DNA of 64,000 nt, from the NCBI GenBank assembly GCA_964458315.1, contig CAYWIK010000005.1:4122-68121 (forward strand), read 5' to 3'. This DNA comes from an uncultured Spirochaetales bacterium. GTDB taxonomy: Bacteria > Spirochaetota > Spirochaetia > SPDA01 > CAZSGZ01. A program made the translations under genes and the position numbers. Positions 17,871 through 28,806 of this stretch are shown here, piece after piece; position 1 is the stretch's first letter, and every line of letters begins with the position of its first letter. The notes under the pieces were generated by a model that was not told where the DNA came from, did no database searches, and saw nothing but the letters and a program-made list of their open reading frames with translations.

Positions 17871-18782
17871 ATGCTCGAAGTACGTTCGGTGGGAAAAAGC
17901 TTCGGTAAGCTCACCGCCGTGGATTCTGTATCTTTTACCGCGGTGCCCGGTCAGGTTTACGGCCTCATCGGTCCAAACGGCGCCGGAAAATCGACCATTA
18001 TTCGGATGATTATGAATATCTTGGCACCTGATACCGGAGAGATACTTTTTGACGGAAAAAAGATCAGCGAAAAGGACAAAAGCCGTATCGGATATCTGCC
18101 TGAGGAACGGGGTCTGTATAAAAAAGTTAAACTTGGCGATATGCTCTGGTATCTTGCGGACTTGAAGGGAGTCGACCCATACAAGGGCAAAGCAAACATC
18201 GGCCGGTGGCTTAAACGGTTTGAACTGACCGATTGGAAAGACCGCAAGATCGAGGAGCTCTCCAAAGGGATGTCCCAGAAAGCCCAGTTTATTGCCGCGG
18301 TGGCCCATGATCCTGATATGATGTTTTTCGATGAACCCTTCGCGGGGCTTGACCCTGTGAGCGCCGACCTGCTCAGAGAATCGATTGTGGAAATGGGCCG
18401 TCAGGGGAAAACGGTCCTTTTTTCGACCCATAATATGGAAAGCGCGGAACGGATCTGTTCTAATATTTTTATGATCAACAAGGGCAGGGAAGTAGTTTCC
18501 GGCAGCATGTCGCGTATCAAGGATTCTTACGGGAGCCGCTCGGTTACTCTCGAGTTCGATGGAAACGCGGATTTTATCGCGGACCTGCCCGGTGTCGAAC
18601 AGCTGATCCGGTATCCGCGCTGGATAGAAATCGATATTGGAGAAAACGGTTCTCCCGATAAACTGCTCCGGGAGTTGGCCGGACGTATTTCGGTCCGGCG
18701 GTTCGAGGTGGCGAGTCCGTCGCTCCATAAAATTTTTGTAGATCTCGTGGGCAAACCTCCCGAGGAGGTGGAAATTGGGTAA
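17871..18782 (+). CDS. ABC-2 type exporter ATP-binding protein (NatA/YhaQ-like)
   Basis: GPNGAGKS, LSKGM, FFDEPF, STH. Confidence 0.93.
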   Translation: MLEVRSVGKSFGKLTAVDSVSFTAVPGQVYGLIGPNGAGKSTIIRMIMNILAPDTGEILFDGKKISEKDKSRIGYLPEERGLYKKVKLGDMLWYLADLKGVDPYKGKANIGRWLKRFELTDWKDRKIEELSKGMSQKAQFIAAVAHDPDMMFFDEPFAGLDPVSADLLRESIVEMGRQGKTVLFSTHNMESAERICSNIFMINKGREVVSGSMSRIKDSYGSRSVTLEFDGNADFIADLPGVEQLIRYPRWIEIDIGENGSPDKLLRELAGRISVRRFEVASPSLHKIFVDLVGKPPEEVEIG

Positions 18783-19986
18783 ACTCGGCAAGGTGGTTCG
18801 GCAGGAGTTCAAAATGACCGCCGGAAACCGCGCTTTCGTTATTGTGACGATTATCGGCCCTTTTCTCATTATTGCAATGGCCGTGCTTCCGGGGTTCTTC
18901 GCCAACCGGGGAATGAGCAATCGCCGGGCCGATATCGGGATATACGGAGCGTCCCCGGCCTTAGTCCGGTCCCTCGAAGAGGCTGCGGAAGGGACCAATT
19001 TCACCTTTATTAGTGAACAGGACCGGGACATATTGGTGCAAATGATCGGAGAGGAAAAAATTAACGGATTTTTGGAGTTCCCGGAAGATTATTTACAGGG
19101 GGGGACCATTACCTATTACTCCAAAACCGGGACCGATGTCTATATTTCAGAGGCGCTGAACGGTATCATCAATTCGGTCCTCTTGAGCAGGAGGCTGATC
19201 GAAGAGGGACTTTCGCCGGACAAGGTCGCTTCCCTCACGAGGCACCCATCGGTCGAGACGAAAGCCCTTGAATCCGGCAGGAAGGAAGATTTTTTCTCCA
19301 TCATCTTGACCTCGATCGCTTTTGTCATGCTCATTTACATGACCGTGCTGCTCTACGGCCAGATGATCGGCAGGGCGGTCATTATGGAGAAAAATTCCAA
19401 GACGGTGGAGATCATGCTTTCCTCCGTACGGCCGGGAGAACTGCTGATGGGGAAAATATTCGGCCGGGGTTTGGCGGGAATTCTGCAGTATGTGGTGTGG
19501 ATAACCGTTGCGCTCGTGATTGCCCGGGTCCTCGGCCCCGCTTTACGCATCGAGCTTCCGGCAACCATGACCTTGGTGAATCTGGGATATCTTTTTCTCT
19601 TTTTCGTTTTGGCTTTTTTCCTCTACTCCAGTTTGTACGCGGCCCTCGGCGCGGGGGCGGAAGACGATCAGCACTTAGGGCAGCTCGGCTGGCCGCTTAT
19701 CTTCTTCCTCGTTTTACCGCTGATGCTTGTGACTTTTCTCGTTATGGATCCCGGTTCAACCATCTCCGTTGTTCTCTCGTTCTTCCCCCTTACCGCGCCG
19801 ATTGTCATGTTTCTTCGGGTTTTGATTGCTTCCCCCCCTGCTTGGCAGATTCTCTCCTGCCTGGCGATCCTTGCGGGAACCATCGGTTTGGCTCTTGCGG
19901 GCGCGACAAAAGTGTTTCGTGTCGGTATATTAATGACAGGAAAAAAATATTCATTGAAAGAAATTGTTCGATGGATTCGATATTAA
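18775..19986 (+). CDS. ABC-2 type exporter permease (NatB/YhaP-like)
   Basis: EKNSKTVEIMLSS motif, multiple TM segments. Confidence 0.9.
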   Translation: MGKLGKVVRQEFKMTAGNRAFVIVTIIGPFLIIAMAVLPGFFANRGMSNRRADIGIYGASPALVRSLEEAAEGTNFTFISEQDRDILVQMIGEEKINGFLEFPEDYLQGGTITYYSKTGTDVYISEALNGIINSVLLSRRLIEEGLSPDKVASLTRHPSVETKALESGRKEDFFSIILTSIAFVMLIYMTVLLYGQMIGRAVIMEKNSKTVEIMLSSVRPGELLMGKIFGRGLAGILQYVVWITVALVIARVLGPALRIELPATMTLVNLGYLFLFFVLAFFLYSSLYAALGAGAEDDQHLGQLGWPLIFFLVLPLMLVTFLVMDPGSTISVVLSFFPLTAPIVMFLRVLIASPPAWQILSCLAILAGTIGLALAGATKVFRVGILMTGKKYSLKEIVRWIRY

Positions 19987-19999
19987 ATAGGAGTTTTAT

Positions 20000-20983
20000 A
20001 TGAAGTATAGAAAATTAGGCAAAACCGGAATGGAAATTTCGGAAATCAGTTTCGGGACCTGGGCCCTCGGCTCCGAATGGGGACCGGTGGAGGACGGCGA
20101 ATCACGGAAAGCCCTCGAGACCGCTCTTGAAAGAGGGGTAAACTTTTTCGATACCGCGGACGTGTACGGGATGGGAAAGAGTGAAATGCTCCTCGCGGAG
20201 TTAAAACAAAAACATCCGGAAAAATTTTACATCGCTACAAAGGCGGGAAGGAAGCTCAATCCTCACACGGCGGAACGGTACACTCCGGAACATATACGGG
20301 GATTTATCGAACACAGTCTTAAAAACCTCGAAACCGACACCCTGGATTTGGTTCAGCTTCACTGTCCGCCGACGGAATCGTACTATCATCCGGAGCTTTT
20401 CGATGCCCTCGATTCATGGTGTGATGAAGGGATCATCAAGAATTACGGCGTGAGTGTGGAAAAGGTTGAGGAGGCGTTAAAGGCGATCGAATATCCGGGG
20501 GTAAAGACCGTGCAAATTATTTTTAATATGTTCAGGCAGCGGCCGGCGGACCTGTTTTTTAAACGGGCCGCCGAGAAAAATATCGGAATTATCGTAAGGG
20601 TACCCCTGGCGAGCGGACTGCTGACCGGAAAAATGACGCGCGACACAACGTTTCCCGAAAGCGATCACAGAAATTTCAACCGGGAAGGCGAGCGGTTCGA
20701 CAGGGGAGAAACCTTTGCCGGCGTCAACTTCGAAAAAGGGCTTGAAGCGGTGGAAGAGCTGAGGAAAGTTTGCCCGGAAGGGATGACTATGGCACAGTTC
20801 GCCCTTCGCTGGATACTCATGTTCGATGAAGTGTCCTGTATCATCCCCGGGGCGAAGCGTCCCTCCCAGGCGGAAGAAAATATCGCGGCGGCTGAGTTTC
20901 CGCCTCTCGATTCAGAGGTGATGAATACGGTAGAGAAAATATACGAAACCTATGTGAAGCCGGATGTACATCACCGCTGGTAA
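20000..20983 (+). CDS. Aldo/keto reductase
   Basis: SFGTW, FDTADVYG, IATK, DLVQLH, GVS, PLASGLLTG, IPGAK. Confidence 0.95.
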   Translation: MKYRKLGKTGMEISEISFGTWALGSEWGPVEDGESRKALETALERGVNFFDTADVYGMGKSEMLLAELKQKHPEKFYIATKAGRKLNPHTAERYTPEHIRGFIEHSLKNLETDTLDLVQLHCPPTESYYHPELFDALDSWCDEGIIKNYGVSVEKVEEALKAIEYPGVKTVQIIFNMFRQRPADLFFKRAAEKNIGIIVRVPLASGLLTGKMTRDTTFPESDHRNFNREGERFDRGETFAGVNFEKGLEAVEELRKVCPEGMTMAQFALRWILMFDEVSCIIPGAKRPSQAEENIAAAEFPPLDSEVMNTVEKIYETYVKPDVHHRW

Positions 20984-20989
20984 TATTTC

Positions 20990-21739
20990 CTACCAGGAGA
21001 CTGTTCCTTCAGGGACCTTTTGGTAGGCCTGAAACATTTTTTCGAGATCGAAACGGGACTCATACACCGCTTTCCCGGTTATGAGTCCGACAATTTTGCC
21101 GTTTCCCCGGGCGATAACATTTTTTATATCATCTTCGCTGCTGATTCCCCCGGAAAGGATCACCGGCAGGTCCGAGGCTTCCGCGATTCGTCTTGTGGCG
21201 TCTACATCAGGGCCTTCAAGGGTCCCGTCTTTGGAAATGGATGTATAAATCAAACTCGTAATCCCGATTTCTTTCGCCCGCTGGGCGAGCTGTTCATCCG
21301 GTATTTCCGTAGCGTGCTCCCATCCGTCTATCCGGACTTTGCCGTCGAGAGAATCGATACTGGCAATGAAAATCGGGCCGTAGTGCTGTATCCACCCTTC
21401 GACTCTGCTGGTATTGCGTGCAAAAATGGTGCCGACAACAAGTCTGTCTATACCAAGGTCGATCAACTCGGCCACATCTTCTTCATCCCGTATGCCGCCG
21501 CCGAGCTGAATGGTACAGGAAACCGCCTTTCTGATTTTACGGATTTTTTTCCTGTTCCGTTTGCTTCCTCCCCGCGCCGCATCGAGATCGACAATATGAA
21601 TCCGCTGAGCACCGGCCCGCTCGAATTCGCGGGCGGCGGCGACAGGATCTTTATCATAAACCGTAGCCTGCGAATAGTTGCCCTTGTATAAACGAACGCA
21701 TTCTCCACCGAAAATATCTATGGCTGGTATTATGAGCAT
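20990..21739 (-). CDS. hisA: ProFAR isomerase
   Basis: IPAIDI.GG.CVRL..G, HIVDLDAA, QLGGGIR, SISKDGTL.GPD. Confidence 0.93.
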   Translation of the reverse strand: MLIIPAIDIFGGECVRLYKGNYSQATVYDKDPVAAAREFERAGAQRIHIVDLDAARGGSKRNRKKIRKIRKAVSCTIQLGGGIRDEEDVAELIDLGIDRLVVGTIFARNTSRVEGWIQHYGPIFIASIDSLDGKVRIDGWEHATEIPDEQLAQRAKEIGITSLIYTSISKDGTLEGPDVDATRRIAEASDLPVILSGGISSEDDIKNVIARGNGKIVGLITGKAVYESRFDLEKMFQAYQKVPEGTVSW

Positions 21740-21824
21740 CCCCTACTCCTGTTTTGGAAGTGGTAAAAAAGTATACCAATTTGTCCTTTAAAGAGCAAGG
21801 ATAAATTACTATATTATTGTCATC

Positions 21825-22532
21825 ATGGTTCCAATCGACGTTAAAAAGCGAAAACTTTTCCACCTTATTGCTTTTCCGGTTTTTATTGCGGCAACATTTG
21901 CGGCAGCGGTAATTTTCCGGGAACAGCTGTGGGAACTTTTCTCTTCCCCGGAGAGGATCCGGAACTGGGTGTCGGACCGGGGAGTAACGGCGCCGCTTAT
22001 TTTTATCGGCCTTCAGCTGCTGCAGGTGATCGTGTCGGTGATCCCCGGAGAAGTCCCGCAGATAGCCGGAGGCTACCTCTTCGGGGTGTGGCTGGGTGTT
22101 CTCTATTCTCTCATCGGCATCACCCTCGGGTCGGGTTTTAACTACTACCTTGCCCGCGTGCTCGGGCGCCCCTTTGTCCGTTCTCTCCTCAAGAAAGAAC
22201 GGCTTGATAAGTTTGAAAACTTTGCAAAGTCCAAAAAAATCACCGCCGCTTTTTTTCTTCTTTTTCTTTTGCCGGGTTTTCCGAAAGACACCCTCTGCTA
22301 TGTTGCCGGCATCACTCCCATGAAATTTCTTCCCTTTTTACTTATTTCGACCCTGGGAAGGCTGCCCGGCATTATCGGCAGCGCGGTGATGGGAGACGCC
22401 GCCGCGGAAAAACGGTGGCTTCCGGCGGGAATCATCTTCGGTGCGGCAGTGGTGCTCTTTGTTATCGGGTTTTTCTTTCGAGAGCGTCTGCGCAAGCTGG
22501 TTGAAAGGTTCTCGAACAGGCACGGAGGGTGA
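21825..22532 (+). CDS. TVP38/TMEM64 (DedA/VTT) membrane protein
   Basis: VIPGEVPQIAGGYLFG, LLFLLPGFPKD. Confidence 0.9.
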   Translation: MVPIDVKKRKLFHLIAFPVFIAATFAAAVIFREQLWELFSSPERIRNWVSDRGVTAPLIFIGLQLLQVIVSVIPGEVPQIAGGYLFGVWLGVLYSLIGITLGSGFNYYLARVLGRPFVRSLLKKERLDKFENFAKSKKITAAFFLLFLLPGFPKDTLCYVAGITPMKFLPFLLISTLGRLPGIIGSAVMGDAAAEKRWLPAGIIFGAAVVLFVIGFFFRERLRKLVERFSNRHGG

Positions 22533-22554
22533 TCCCGAGGAGGGAACGATGCTT

Positions 22555-24162
22555 TTAAGGCAGGACCGATTTCCGGGCGATCCCCGGTCCGATTTCGAGT
22601 TTTCTACTTCGTAAATATTTAAAAGGATGTATATCTAAGGGGTTTGGAAACCATCCTCCGATTTGAAAGAGATCCACCAGGTTCCAAGCAGGCAGATGGT
22701 TTATGGGCAGGACCACCGCTTCTTTCAAAAGTATTTCCTCCGCCTCGGCGAGGGTCCGGTACCGTTCGATTCCCGACTGGGTCATGGTCTTTTCTATAAT
22801 CGATTCATATTCGTAATTATTATATCCGGCATCATTCAAGTTGCTGTCTGTCGTCCACATTTGGAGAAAAGTGAGGGGGTCGGCAAAATCACCGATCCAT
22901 GAAATAGTTCCGAGGGTATATTCGGTGTCCCGGAGCACGTTGTAATATTCGGAAAAATCGTACTCCTCCACCGAAACTTCCACCTCGAGGACCTCTTCCC
23001 ATGCCTGCTGCATAAGGAGGGCGATTCTCCTGCTTTCGAAACCCGATGGAATTTTAATGACCACTTCCGGAAGCCCTTCTCCCCTCGGAAAACCCTCCTC
23101 TTCGAGAATCCGGAGGGCCTCTTCGGTGTTATTTTCCTCGATTCCCTCCGCCGCGGGATAGTGAGGAAGCTTCGGAATGAGCCTGGCTGTGGGAAGATAC
23201 ATAAACCGTTCGGACCGGATCGTATCCCACGGCAACGCGAGGGCCAATGCCTTCCGCACCGGCGGATTGTTCCAGGGAGCTTCCTTGCAGGAAAAAAAGA
23301 AATAATTTGTCGCAAAGAGCGGGTTGATGACGATTGCATCGGTGTTCTCAACTTGATGGAGTATGATGCCGTCCGCGACCCATTCCATTTTTTTTGCGTT
23401 AAATTTTTGTGTGCTTTCCGCGGGGTCTTCATGAAAGTGAATGATGATTTTGTCCGCTTCGACATTTTTTTCATCCCAGTAGAGGCGGTTTTTCAGCAAA
23501 ACAATTTTTTCATCGTTTTGAGAGTAGACATAGTACGGTCCGTTGCCCGGAATAATGTTTGTTTTATCCCATTCGGATTTGTCTAAAAACTTAGGGTGTA
23601 CAGGGACAAAACTGTGGTGGCAGAGGACTTTGAGGAAATGCCTGGCCGGATGTTCCAGTTCCACCTCGAGAACAAAGGGAGAAAGTGCATGAATCCCGAC
23701 CTCATTCTCGTTTTTGATTTTCCCGGTCCGGTAATTTTTTGCGTTTTTGACCATGTCGAAAAGAAAGGAATACTCGCTTTTTTCCTCCGGGTCGAGAAGT
23801 GTAAGCCAGCTTTTTCGAAAATCGTAGGCGGTTACCGGATCGCCGTTCCAGTATCTTCCGTTTTCCCGTAATAAAAAGCGGTAAACCGTACCGTCCTCGG
23901 AAACCTCCCAATAGAATGCCGCGGCCGGTAAAGGTTCCATGGTCAGGGGATGGTAACTTACAAGGCCTTCGAACAGGGCGGTGTAGATCTGTGCTTCCGT
24001 AGCGGTAAAGGTGTGGAGAGGATTGAAGGAAATGTCCGCCGGCGCGAAGGAAACGTCGAATTCGACAGCAGCTATTTCCGCGGCATTGTCTTCCCGGTTT
24101 TCCGTATAACCGCCGTGAAGCACGCTGCAGAGAAAGAGGATGACGAAGATTATTTTTGGCAC
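22555..24162 (-). CDS. Peptide ABC transporter substrate-binding protein (OppA-like), orphan
   Basis: LFEGLV, YRFLLR, WNGDPVTAYDF, GNGPY, WIGDFADP; GTG start fixed by the promoter. Confidence 0.9.
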   Translation of the reverse strand: MPKIIFVILFLCSVLHGGYTENREDNAAEIAAVEFDVSFAPADISFNPLHTFTATEAQIYTALFEGLVSYHPLTMEPLPAAAFYWEVSEDGTVYRFLLRENGRYWNGDPVTAYDFRKSWLTLLDPEEKSEYSFLFDMVKNAKNYRTGKIKNENEVGIHALSPFVLEVELEHPARHFLKVLCHHSFVPVHPKFLDKSEWDKTNIIPGNGPYYVYSQNDEKIVLLKNRLYWDEKNVEADKIIIHFHEDPAESTQKFNAKKMEWVADGIILHQVENTDAIVINPLFATNYFFFSCKEAPWNNPPVRKALALALPWDTIRSERFMYLPTARLIPKLPHYPAAEGIEENNTEEALRILEEEGFPRGEGLPEVVIKIPSGFESRRIALLMQQAWEEVLEVEVSVEEYDFSEYYNVLRDTEYTLGTISWIGDFADPLTFLQMWTTDSNLNDAGYNNYEYESIIEKTMTQSGIERYRTLAEAEEILLKEAVVLPINHLPAWNLVDLFQIGGWFPNPLDIHPFKYLRSRKLEIGPGIARKSVLP

Positions 24163-24168
24163 CCTAGA

Positions 24169-24197
24169 AGTGTAGTGGATGTATAGAGGCGTGGCAA
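24169..24197 (-). promoter_or_regulatory. sigma70 promoter (TTGCCA-N17-TACACT), 6 nt before GTG 24162
   Basis: Read directly. Confidence 0.7.
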
Positions 24198-24215
24198 GTC
24201 CGCATAATTGCGGAC
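24198..24215. repeat. Perfect inverted repeat GTCCGCA-TAAT-TGCGGAC (terminator hairpin or operator)
   Basis: Between the DUF711 stop and the -35 of the SBP promoter. Confidence 0.6.
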
Positions 24216-24236
24216 GAGGGGTTAAACGCGTCGGCG

Positions 24237-25595
24237 TTAGTTGCGCAGTCCGCGGAGGGGCGCCGGTATGCGTCCGCCCCGTCTGATAAATCGGGTGCTG
24301 TCGAGGCAGCGGCATTTCATAACCGGCGCGGTTCCGAGGAGTCCGCCGAATTCCACGCTGTCCCCCGCTTTTTTACCGGGCGCCGGAATAATACGGACCG
24401 CCGTAGTCTTGTCGTTGACCACCCCGATCGCGGCTTCGTCCGCGATAATTGCGGATATTGTTTCGGCGGGGGTGTTCCCGGGCAGCGCGATCATATCGAG
24501 GCCCACGGAACAGACGCTGGTCATTGCCTCGAGTTTTTCCAAAGACATTGCCCCGGACTTTACCGCCTCGATCATGCCTTCGTCTTCGCTTACCGGAATG
24601 AAGGACCCGCTCAAGCCGCCCACGTACGACGAGGCCATGGATCCGCCCTTTTTTACCGCGTCGTTTAAAAGGGCGAGGGCAGCCGTGGTGCCCGGGGCCC
24701 CGCATGCCTCGATACCCATTTCTTCGATTATACGGGCCACGCTGTCTCCGCGGGCGGGAGTAGGGGCAAGGGAGAGGTCGACGATGCCGAAGGAGACCCC
24801 GAGACGTTTCGAAGCTTCCTGGGCCACCAGCTGACCCATCCGTGTAATTTTGAAGGCGCATTTTTTTATCGTTTCCGAAACCATCTCGAAGTCGACATCT
24901 CCGATTTTCCGAAGAGCGCTGTAAATGACCCCGGGGCCGCTGATCCCGACATTGATGACACAGTCCGGTTCGCCGATCCCGTGGAATGCACCTGCCATGA
25001 ACGGGTTGTCCTCCGGTACATTGGCAAATACCACTAATTTCGCGCATCCGATCCCGCCGTTCTCTTTCGTTCTTTCCGCGGTTTCGATAATAATCCTTCC
25101 CATCTCGCGTACCGCATCCATATTGATCCCGCTCCGGGTGGTGGCGACATTTACCGATGAACATACCTTGTTTGTTGCCGAAAGGGCTTCGGGTATGGAA
25201 ACCAAGAGATTCCGGTCCCCGGTGGTATAGCCTTTATGCACCAGGGCGGAAAAGCCGCCGATGAAATCGATTCCGATTTCTCCAGCGGCAGCGTCGAGGG
25301 TTTCGGCGAATCCGAGATAATTTTCCGTTTCCGCGCTCTCGGCTATAAGTGCGATCGGGGTTACGGAAATTCGGGTGTTCACGATGGGAATTCCGTACTC
25401 CTTTTCGATCTGCCGGGCCGTGGAGACGAGGTCTTTTCCATATTTGGTGATTTTATCGTAAATTCGCCGCCTGCCGTCCTTTGGGTCCCGGGAAATACAG
25501 TCCCTGAGAGATATGCCCATGGTAATGGTCCTAATATCCAGATTTTCTTCCTGGATCATCCGTATAGTTTCGTTAATTTCCGAAGGAATAAACAT
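24237..25595 (-). CDS. UPF0210/DUF711 PFL-like family protein
   Basis: [46 protein letters not shown]. Confidence 0.93.
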   Translation of the reverse strand: MFIPSEINETIRMIQEENLDIRTITMGISLRDCISRDPKDGRRRIYDKITKYGKDLVSTARQIEKEYGIPIVNTRISVTPIALIAESAETENYLGFAETLDAAAGEIGIDFIGGFSALVHKGYTTGDRNLLVSIPEALSATNKVCSSVNVATTRSGINMDAVREMGRIIIETAERTKENGGIGCAKLVVFANVPEDNPFMAGAFHGIGEPDCVINVGISGPGVIYSALRKIGDVDFEMVSETIKKCAFKITRMGQLVAQEASKRLGVSFGIVDLSLAPTPARGDSVARIIEEMGIEACGAPGTTAALALLNDAVKKGGSMASSYVGGLSGSFIPVSEDEGMIEAVKSGAMSLEKLEAMTSVCSVGLDMIALPGNTPAETISAIIADEAAIGVVNDKTTAVRIIPAPGKKAGDSVEFGGLLGTAPVMKCRCLDSTRFIRRGGRIPAPLRGLRN

Positions 25596-25605
25596 AGCCG
25601 TACAC

Positions 25606-25875
25606 CTACACTCTATGCATGCTGTTGAAGATATCTTCGTGCTGAATAGTGACCATGACACCGAGGTCTCTGCCCGCATCGTTTAATTTATCCGAAATAT
25701 CGGCAAAGGAGCTCCGGGCTTTTTCCAGGTCTACGAACATGATCATTGTAAACATGTCCTGCATAATGGTCTGAGAAATATCGAGAATATTGACTTCACA
25801 CTCGGCCAGCGCCCGGCTTATTCCCGCAATAATACCCACCCTGTCTTTTCCGATAACCGTTATTACCGCTCTCAT
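25606..25875 (-). CDS. UPF0237 ACT domain protein
   Basis: [33 protein letters not shown]; usual partner of DUF711. Confidence 0.93.
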   Translation of the reverse strand: MRAVITVIGKDRVGIIAGISRALAECEVNILDISQTIMQDMFTMIMFVDLEKARSSFADISDKLNDAGRDLGVMVTIQHEDIFNSMHRV

Positions 25876-26573
25876 GTATAGACTCCTCTATGCGGAATTT
25901 CGTGCAGCAGGTTCGCGAGGCCGGATGGGTCGGAGTGCATAGGGAAATGGTCCGTCCCCAGATAAAGGCAAAATCCGCCGCGGTCTCGGTACTCTTCTGC
26001 TATTCTCTTAAGAATCGGCGTAAATGTCCAGGATTCCGGTTTTTCCGTACATTCGATATAGACACTTTGTATCGAGTCCACGGTATCTCGGGAAAATAAA
26101 AGCTTTTCCCTTCCGGTTTCGATCGGCTGGTCCGTGAGTCTGCCGTCATAGGTGTCGAAATGGGGAATTTTCCAACCGTCGCCGAAACTTTCGGTAATCG
26201 AGGAGAGACGGCGGGTAATTTTCACGCCGAAGAGGTCAAAGAGGGACTGTCCCGGGTGAGGAATAAAGGCGTCGAGATATACAAGGAGGCGTATTTTTTC
26301 AGGGACCCGGTCCGCGATGCCCGTCGCTACCATCCCGCCGTAGCTGAAGCCTACTAAAATAAAATCCGAGAGTCTTTCATATTCAATAACCTGTAAGACA
26401 TCTTGAATATGGGAGGAAAGATTTGTCTCCGGTGCGGCGAGATGACATCGCTCGCCCATGCCGGTGAGGCTCGGTCTGAATACGCGGTGACCCATTTGTG
26501 CCAGCGTATCGGCAGGTTTGCTCCACTGCCACCCTCCCGCCCATCCGCCGTGAATGCAGAGATAGTCGACCAT
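25872..26573 (-). CDS. Alpha/beta hydrolase (esterase-like)
   Basis: HGGWAGGW, nucleophile GFSYGG, YLDAF, C-terminal His (TDHFPM). Confidence 0.9.
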   Translation of the reverse strand: MVDYLCIHGGWAGGWQWSKPADTLAQMGHRVFRPSLTGMGERCHLAAPETNLSSHIQDVLQVIEYERLSDFILVGFSYGGMVATGIADRVPEKIRLLVYLDAFIPHPGQSLFDLFGVKITRRLSSITESFGDGWKIPHFDTYDGRLTDQPIETGREKLLFSRDTVDSIQSVYIECTEKPESWTFTPILKRIAEEYRDRGGFCLYLGTDHFPMHSDPSGLANLLHEIPHRGVYT

Positions 26574-26604
26574 AATTCTCTATGTATGATGGGGAATCGT
26601 GTCA

Positions 26605-26633
26605 TTGTCAATCCTTCCCGAGTTATTTATAAT
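26605..26633 (+). promoter_or_regulatory. sigma70 promoter of pyrG (TTGTCA-N17-TATAAT), 8 nt before the ATG
   Basis: Read directly; no SD. Confidence 0.8.
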
Positions 26634-26641
26634 TCATATAC

Positions 26642-28240
26642 ATGAAGAAATATATTTTCGTGACCGGCGGTGTCTGTTCGAGCCTTGGAAAGGGAATCGC
26701 GGCAGCCTCGATTGGATGTCTTCTCGAAGCCCGGGGTTTAAATATCAGGATGATTAAGATCGATCCTTATATCAACGTTGATGCCGGGACCATGAGTCCC
26801 TATCAGCATGGAGAAGTGTACGTAACCGATGACGGGGCTGAGACGGACCTCGATCTCGGCAACTATGAACGGTTTACTTCCGGGCGGTTGAGTCAAGAAA
26901 ACTCGATTACCACCGGACAGGTATACGAATCGGTGATCAAAAAGGAACGGGAAGGGCGTTATCTCGGCCGGACCGTACAGGTCATCCCGCATATTACCGA
27001 TGAAATAAAGCGGCGTATCTTTAAAATCGGCCAGGAAGAAGGAACGGACGTTACCATTATTGAGATCGGCGGAACCGTGGGCGACATCGAGTCGGTACCG
27101 TTTCTCGAAGCTGCCAGGCAATGTATTCACGACTTAGAAAGAAAGAATGTTCTTTTCGTCCATCTCACCCTCGTCCCGACTGTTGCGGGGGGGGAGCTGA
27201 AAACGAAACCGACCCAGCATTCGGTTAAAGCTCTTCGGGAAATCGGAATACAGCCGGACATCCTTCTGTGCCGTGCCCCCTATCTGCTGGAAGATGCGAT
27301 GCGGAAGAAGATTGCACTCTTTACCAATGTAGAGGAAGAAGCGGTCATTTCGGCCTACGACATCAAGACGTCGATCTATGAAATTCCCCTTATGTATCAC
27401 GGTCAATGCTTGGATAAGATTGTAGTGGAACGCCTCGGCATCAAAAACGGCAGGGCGGACCTCAATGCCTGGAAGGAGGTGGTGAACACCTACAACCGGG
27501 CGGAGAAAGTGGTGCGGGTCGCATTGGTGGGGAAATATGTGGAACTGAACGATACGTATAAATCGATCCATGAGTCACTCATTCACGGCGGATTGGCGAA
27601 TAAGGTAAAGACGGAAATCGTATATATCGATTCCGAAAAACTCGAAAAGGAGGAGAGCCGGGAATCCTTGTTCGAGGGAATTGACGGTATTCTTGTTCCC
27701 GGGGGATTCGGCCAACGGGGAATTGAAGGAATGGTATGCGTCGCGGAGCTTGCCCGTACGAAAAAGATTCCTTATTTCGGTATCTGTCTCGGGCTTCAGG
27801 TGATGGTAATCGAGTATGCCCGCAATGTTTTAGGGTTAGAGCATGCTAATAGTACCGAGTTCGCTCCCGAAGGCCCTCATCCGGTAATAAGCCTTTTAGA
27901 AGAGCAAATCGATGTAATAGCATACGGCGGAACCATGCGGCTCGGGAAATCGGAAACAAAACTTCTTGCAAACACAAAAATAATAGAGGCATACGGTTCC
28001 GAATCGATATTTGAACGTCATCGGCACCGGTATGAGGTTTCCAACGTATACAGAGACTCCCTTTCCCAGGCCGGACTTATCATCGGCGGTGTAACGCCTG
28101 ACAACGCGTTGGTGGAATCGGTGGAGTGGCGGGACCACCCGTGGGGAATCGGAGTACAGTATCATCCCGAATTCAGGTCCAGACCTACAAACCCTCATCC
28201 TCTTTTCGTCAGTTTTATACGGGCGGGCATACACAAATGA
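26642..28240 (+). CDS. pyrG: CTP synthase
   Basis: [40 protein letters not shown]. Confidence 0.98.
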   Translation: MKKYIFVTGGVCSSLGKGIAAASIGCLLEARGLNIRMIKIDPYINVDAGTMSPYQHGEVYVTDDGAETDLDLGNYERFTSGRLSQENSITTGQVYESVIKKEREGRYLGRTVQVIPHITDEIKRRIFKIGQEEGTDVTIIEIGGTVGDIESVPFLEAARQCIHDLERKNVLFVHLTLVPTVAGGELKTKPTQHSVKALREIGIQPDILLCRAPYLLEDAMRKKIALFTNVEEEAVISAYDIKTSIYEIPLMYHGQCLDKIVVERLGIKNGRADLNAWKEVVNTYNRAEKVVRVALVGKYVELNDTYKSIHESLIHGGLANKVKTEIVYIDSEKLEKEESRESLFEGIDGILVPGGFGQRGIEGMVCVAELARTKKIPYFGICLGLQVMVIEYARNVLGLEHANSTEFAPEGPHPVISLLEEQIDVIAYGGTMRLGKSETKLLANTKIIEAYGSESIFERHRHRYEVSNVYRDSLSQAGLIIGGVTPDNALVESVEWRDHPWGIGVQYHPEFRSRPTNPHPLFVSFIRAGIHK

Positions 28241-28806
28241 AATATTTGCCGATGCTAGCCGCCTTTGTTCTCATCTGCGCAGGCTGTACCTTCGATTATG
28301 AAGAAGGGCGGATCGCCGAGGACCTTGACGAAACCGTACCCGAAACGGTCCTGCGGGAATTCACTCAGGTCCGCATGTATAAGGGGAGGCCTCAGTACCG
28401 GGTCTACGGAAGCAGGGCCGAGACCTACGGTAAAAAAAAGGAGACTGTTGCCGAGAATGTGCTGTTCCAGGAGTTCGGAAGCGAAGGAGAGATTGTAACC
28501 GAGGGGAGCGCTGAGCGGATTACTTACTTTACGGAAACAGAAAATGCCGAACTCGAGGGAAACCTCGATTTTTATAGTGCCGATGAAGAAGCGGGAATCG
28601 AGGGAGACTATCTCTATTATAACGATGAAGAAAATACTCTTTCGGGTAAACCGGAAGAAAGAATTATCATGGAGAAAAAGGACGGTTCCTCCCTGTCCGG
28701 CAGAGGTTTTGCCGTCAATATTTCAGGAAAAGAGTTTCGTTTCTCCTCCGGCGTTGAAGGGATTTGGGTAGAGGAAGATGAAGAGGACAACAACAAGAAT
28801 GAGTAA
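28237..28806 (+). CDS. lptC: LptC-like LPS export periplasmic protein
   Basis: Signal with LICAGC, beta-jellyroll-like sequence, position before lptA/lptB; ATGA overlap with pyrG. Confidence 0.75.
   Translation: MKYLPMLAAFVLICAGCTFDYEEGRIAEDLDETVPETVLREFTQVRMYKGRPQYRVYGSRAETYGKKKETVAENVLFQEFGSEGEIVTEGSAERITYFTETENAELEGNLDFYSADEEAGIEGDYLYYNDEENTLSGKPEERIIMEKKDGSSLSGRGFAVNISGKEFRFSSGVEGIWVEEDEEDNNKNE

Noticed and set aside
24163-24315. ORF-track N-terminal extensions (also 1815, 13002, 25679, 28126, 32883, 56009)
   Set aside because: They run through promoters or upstream genes; downstream starts fit the promoter or SD and the family N-termini.
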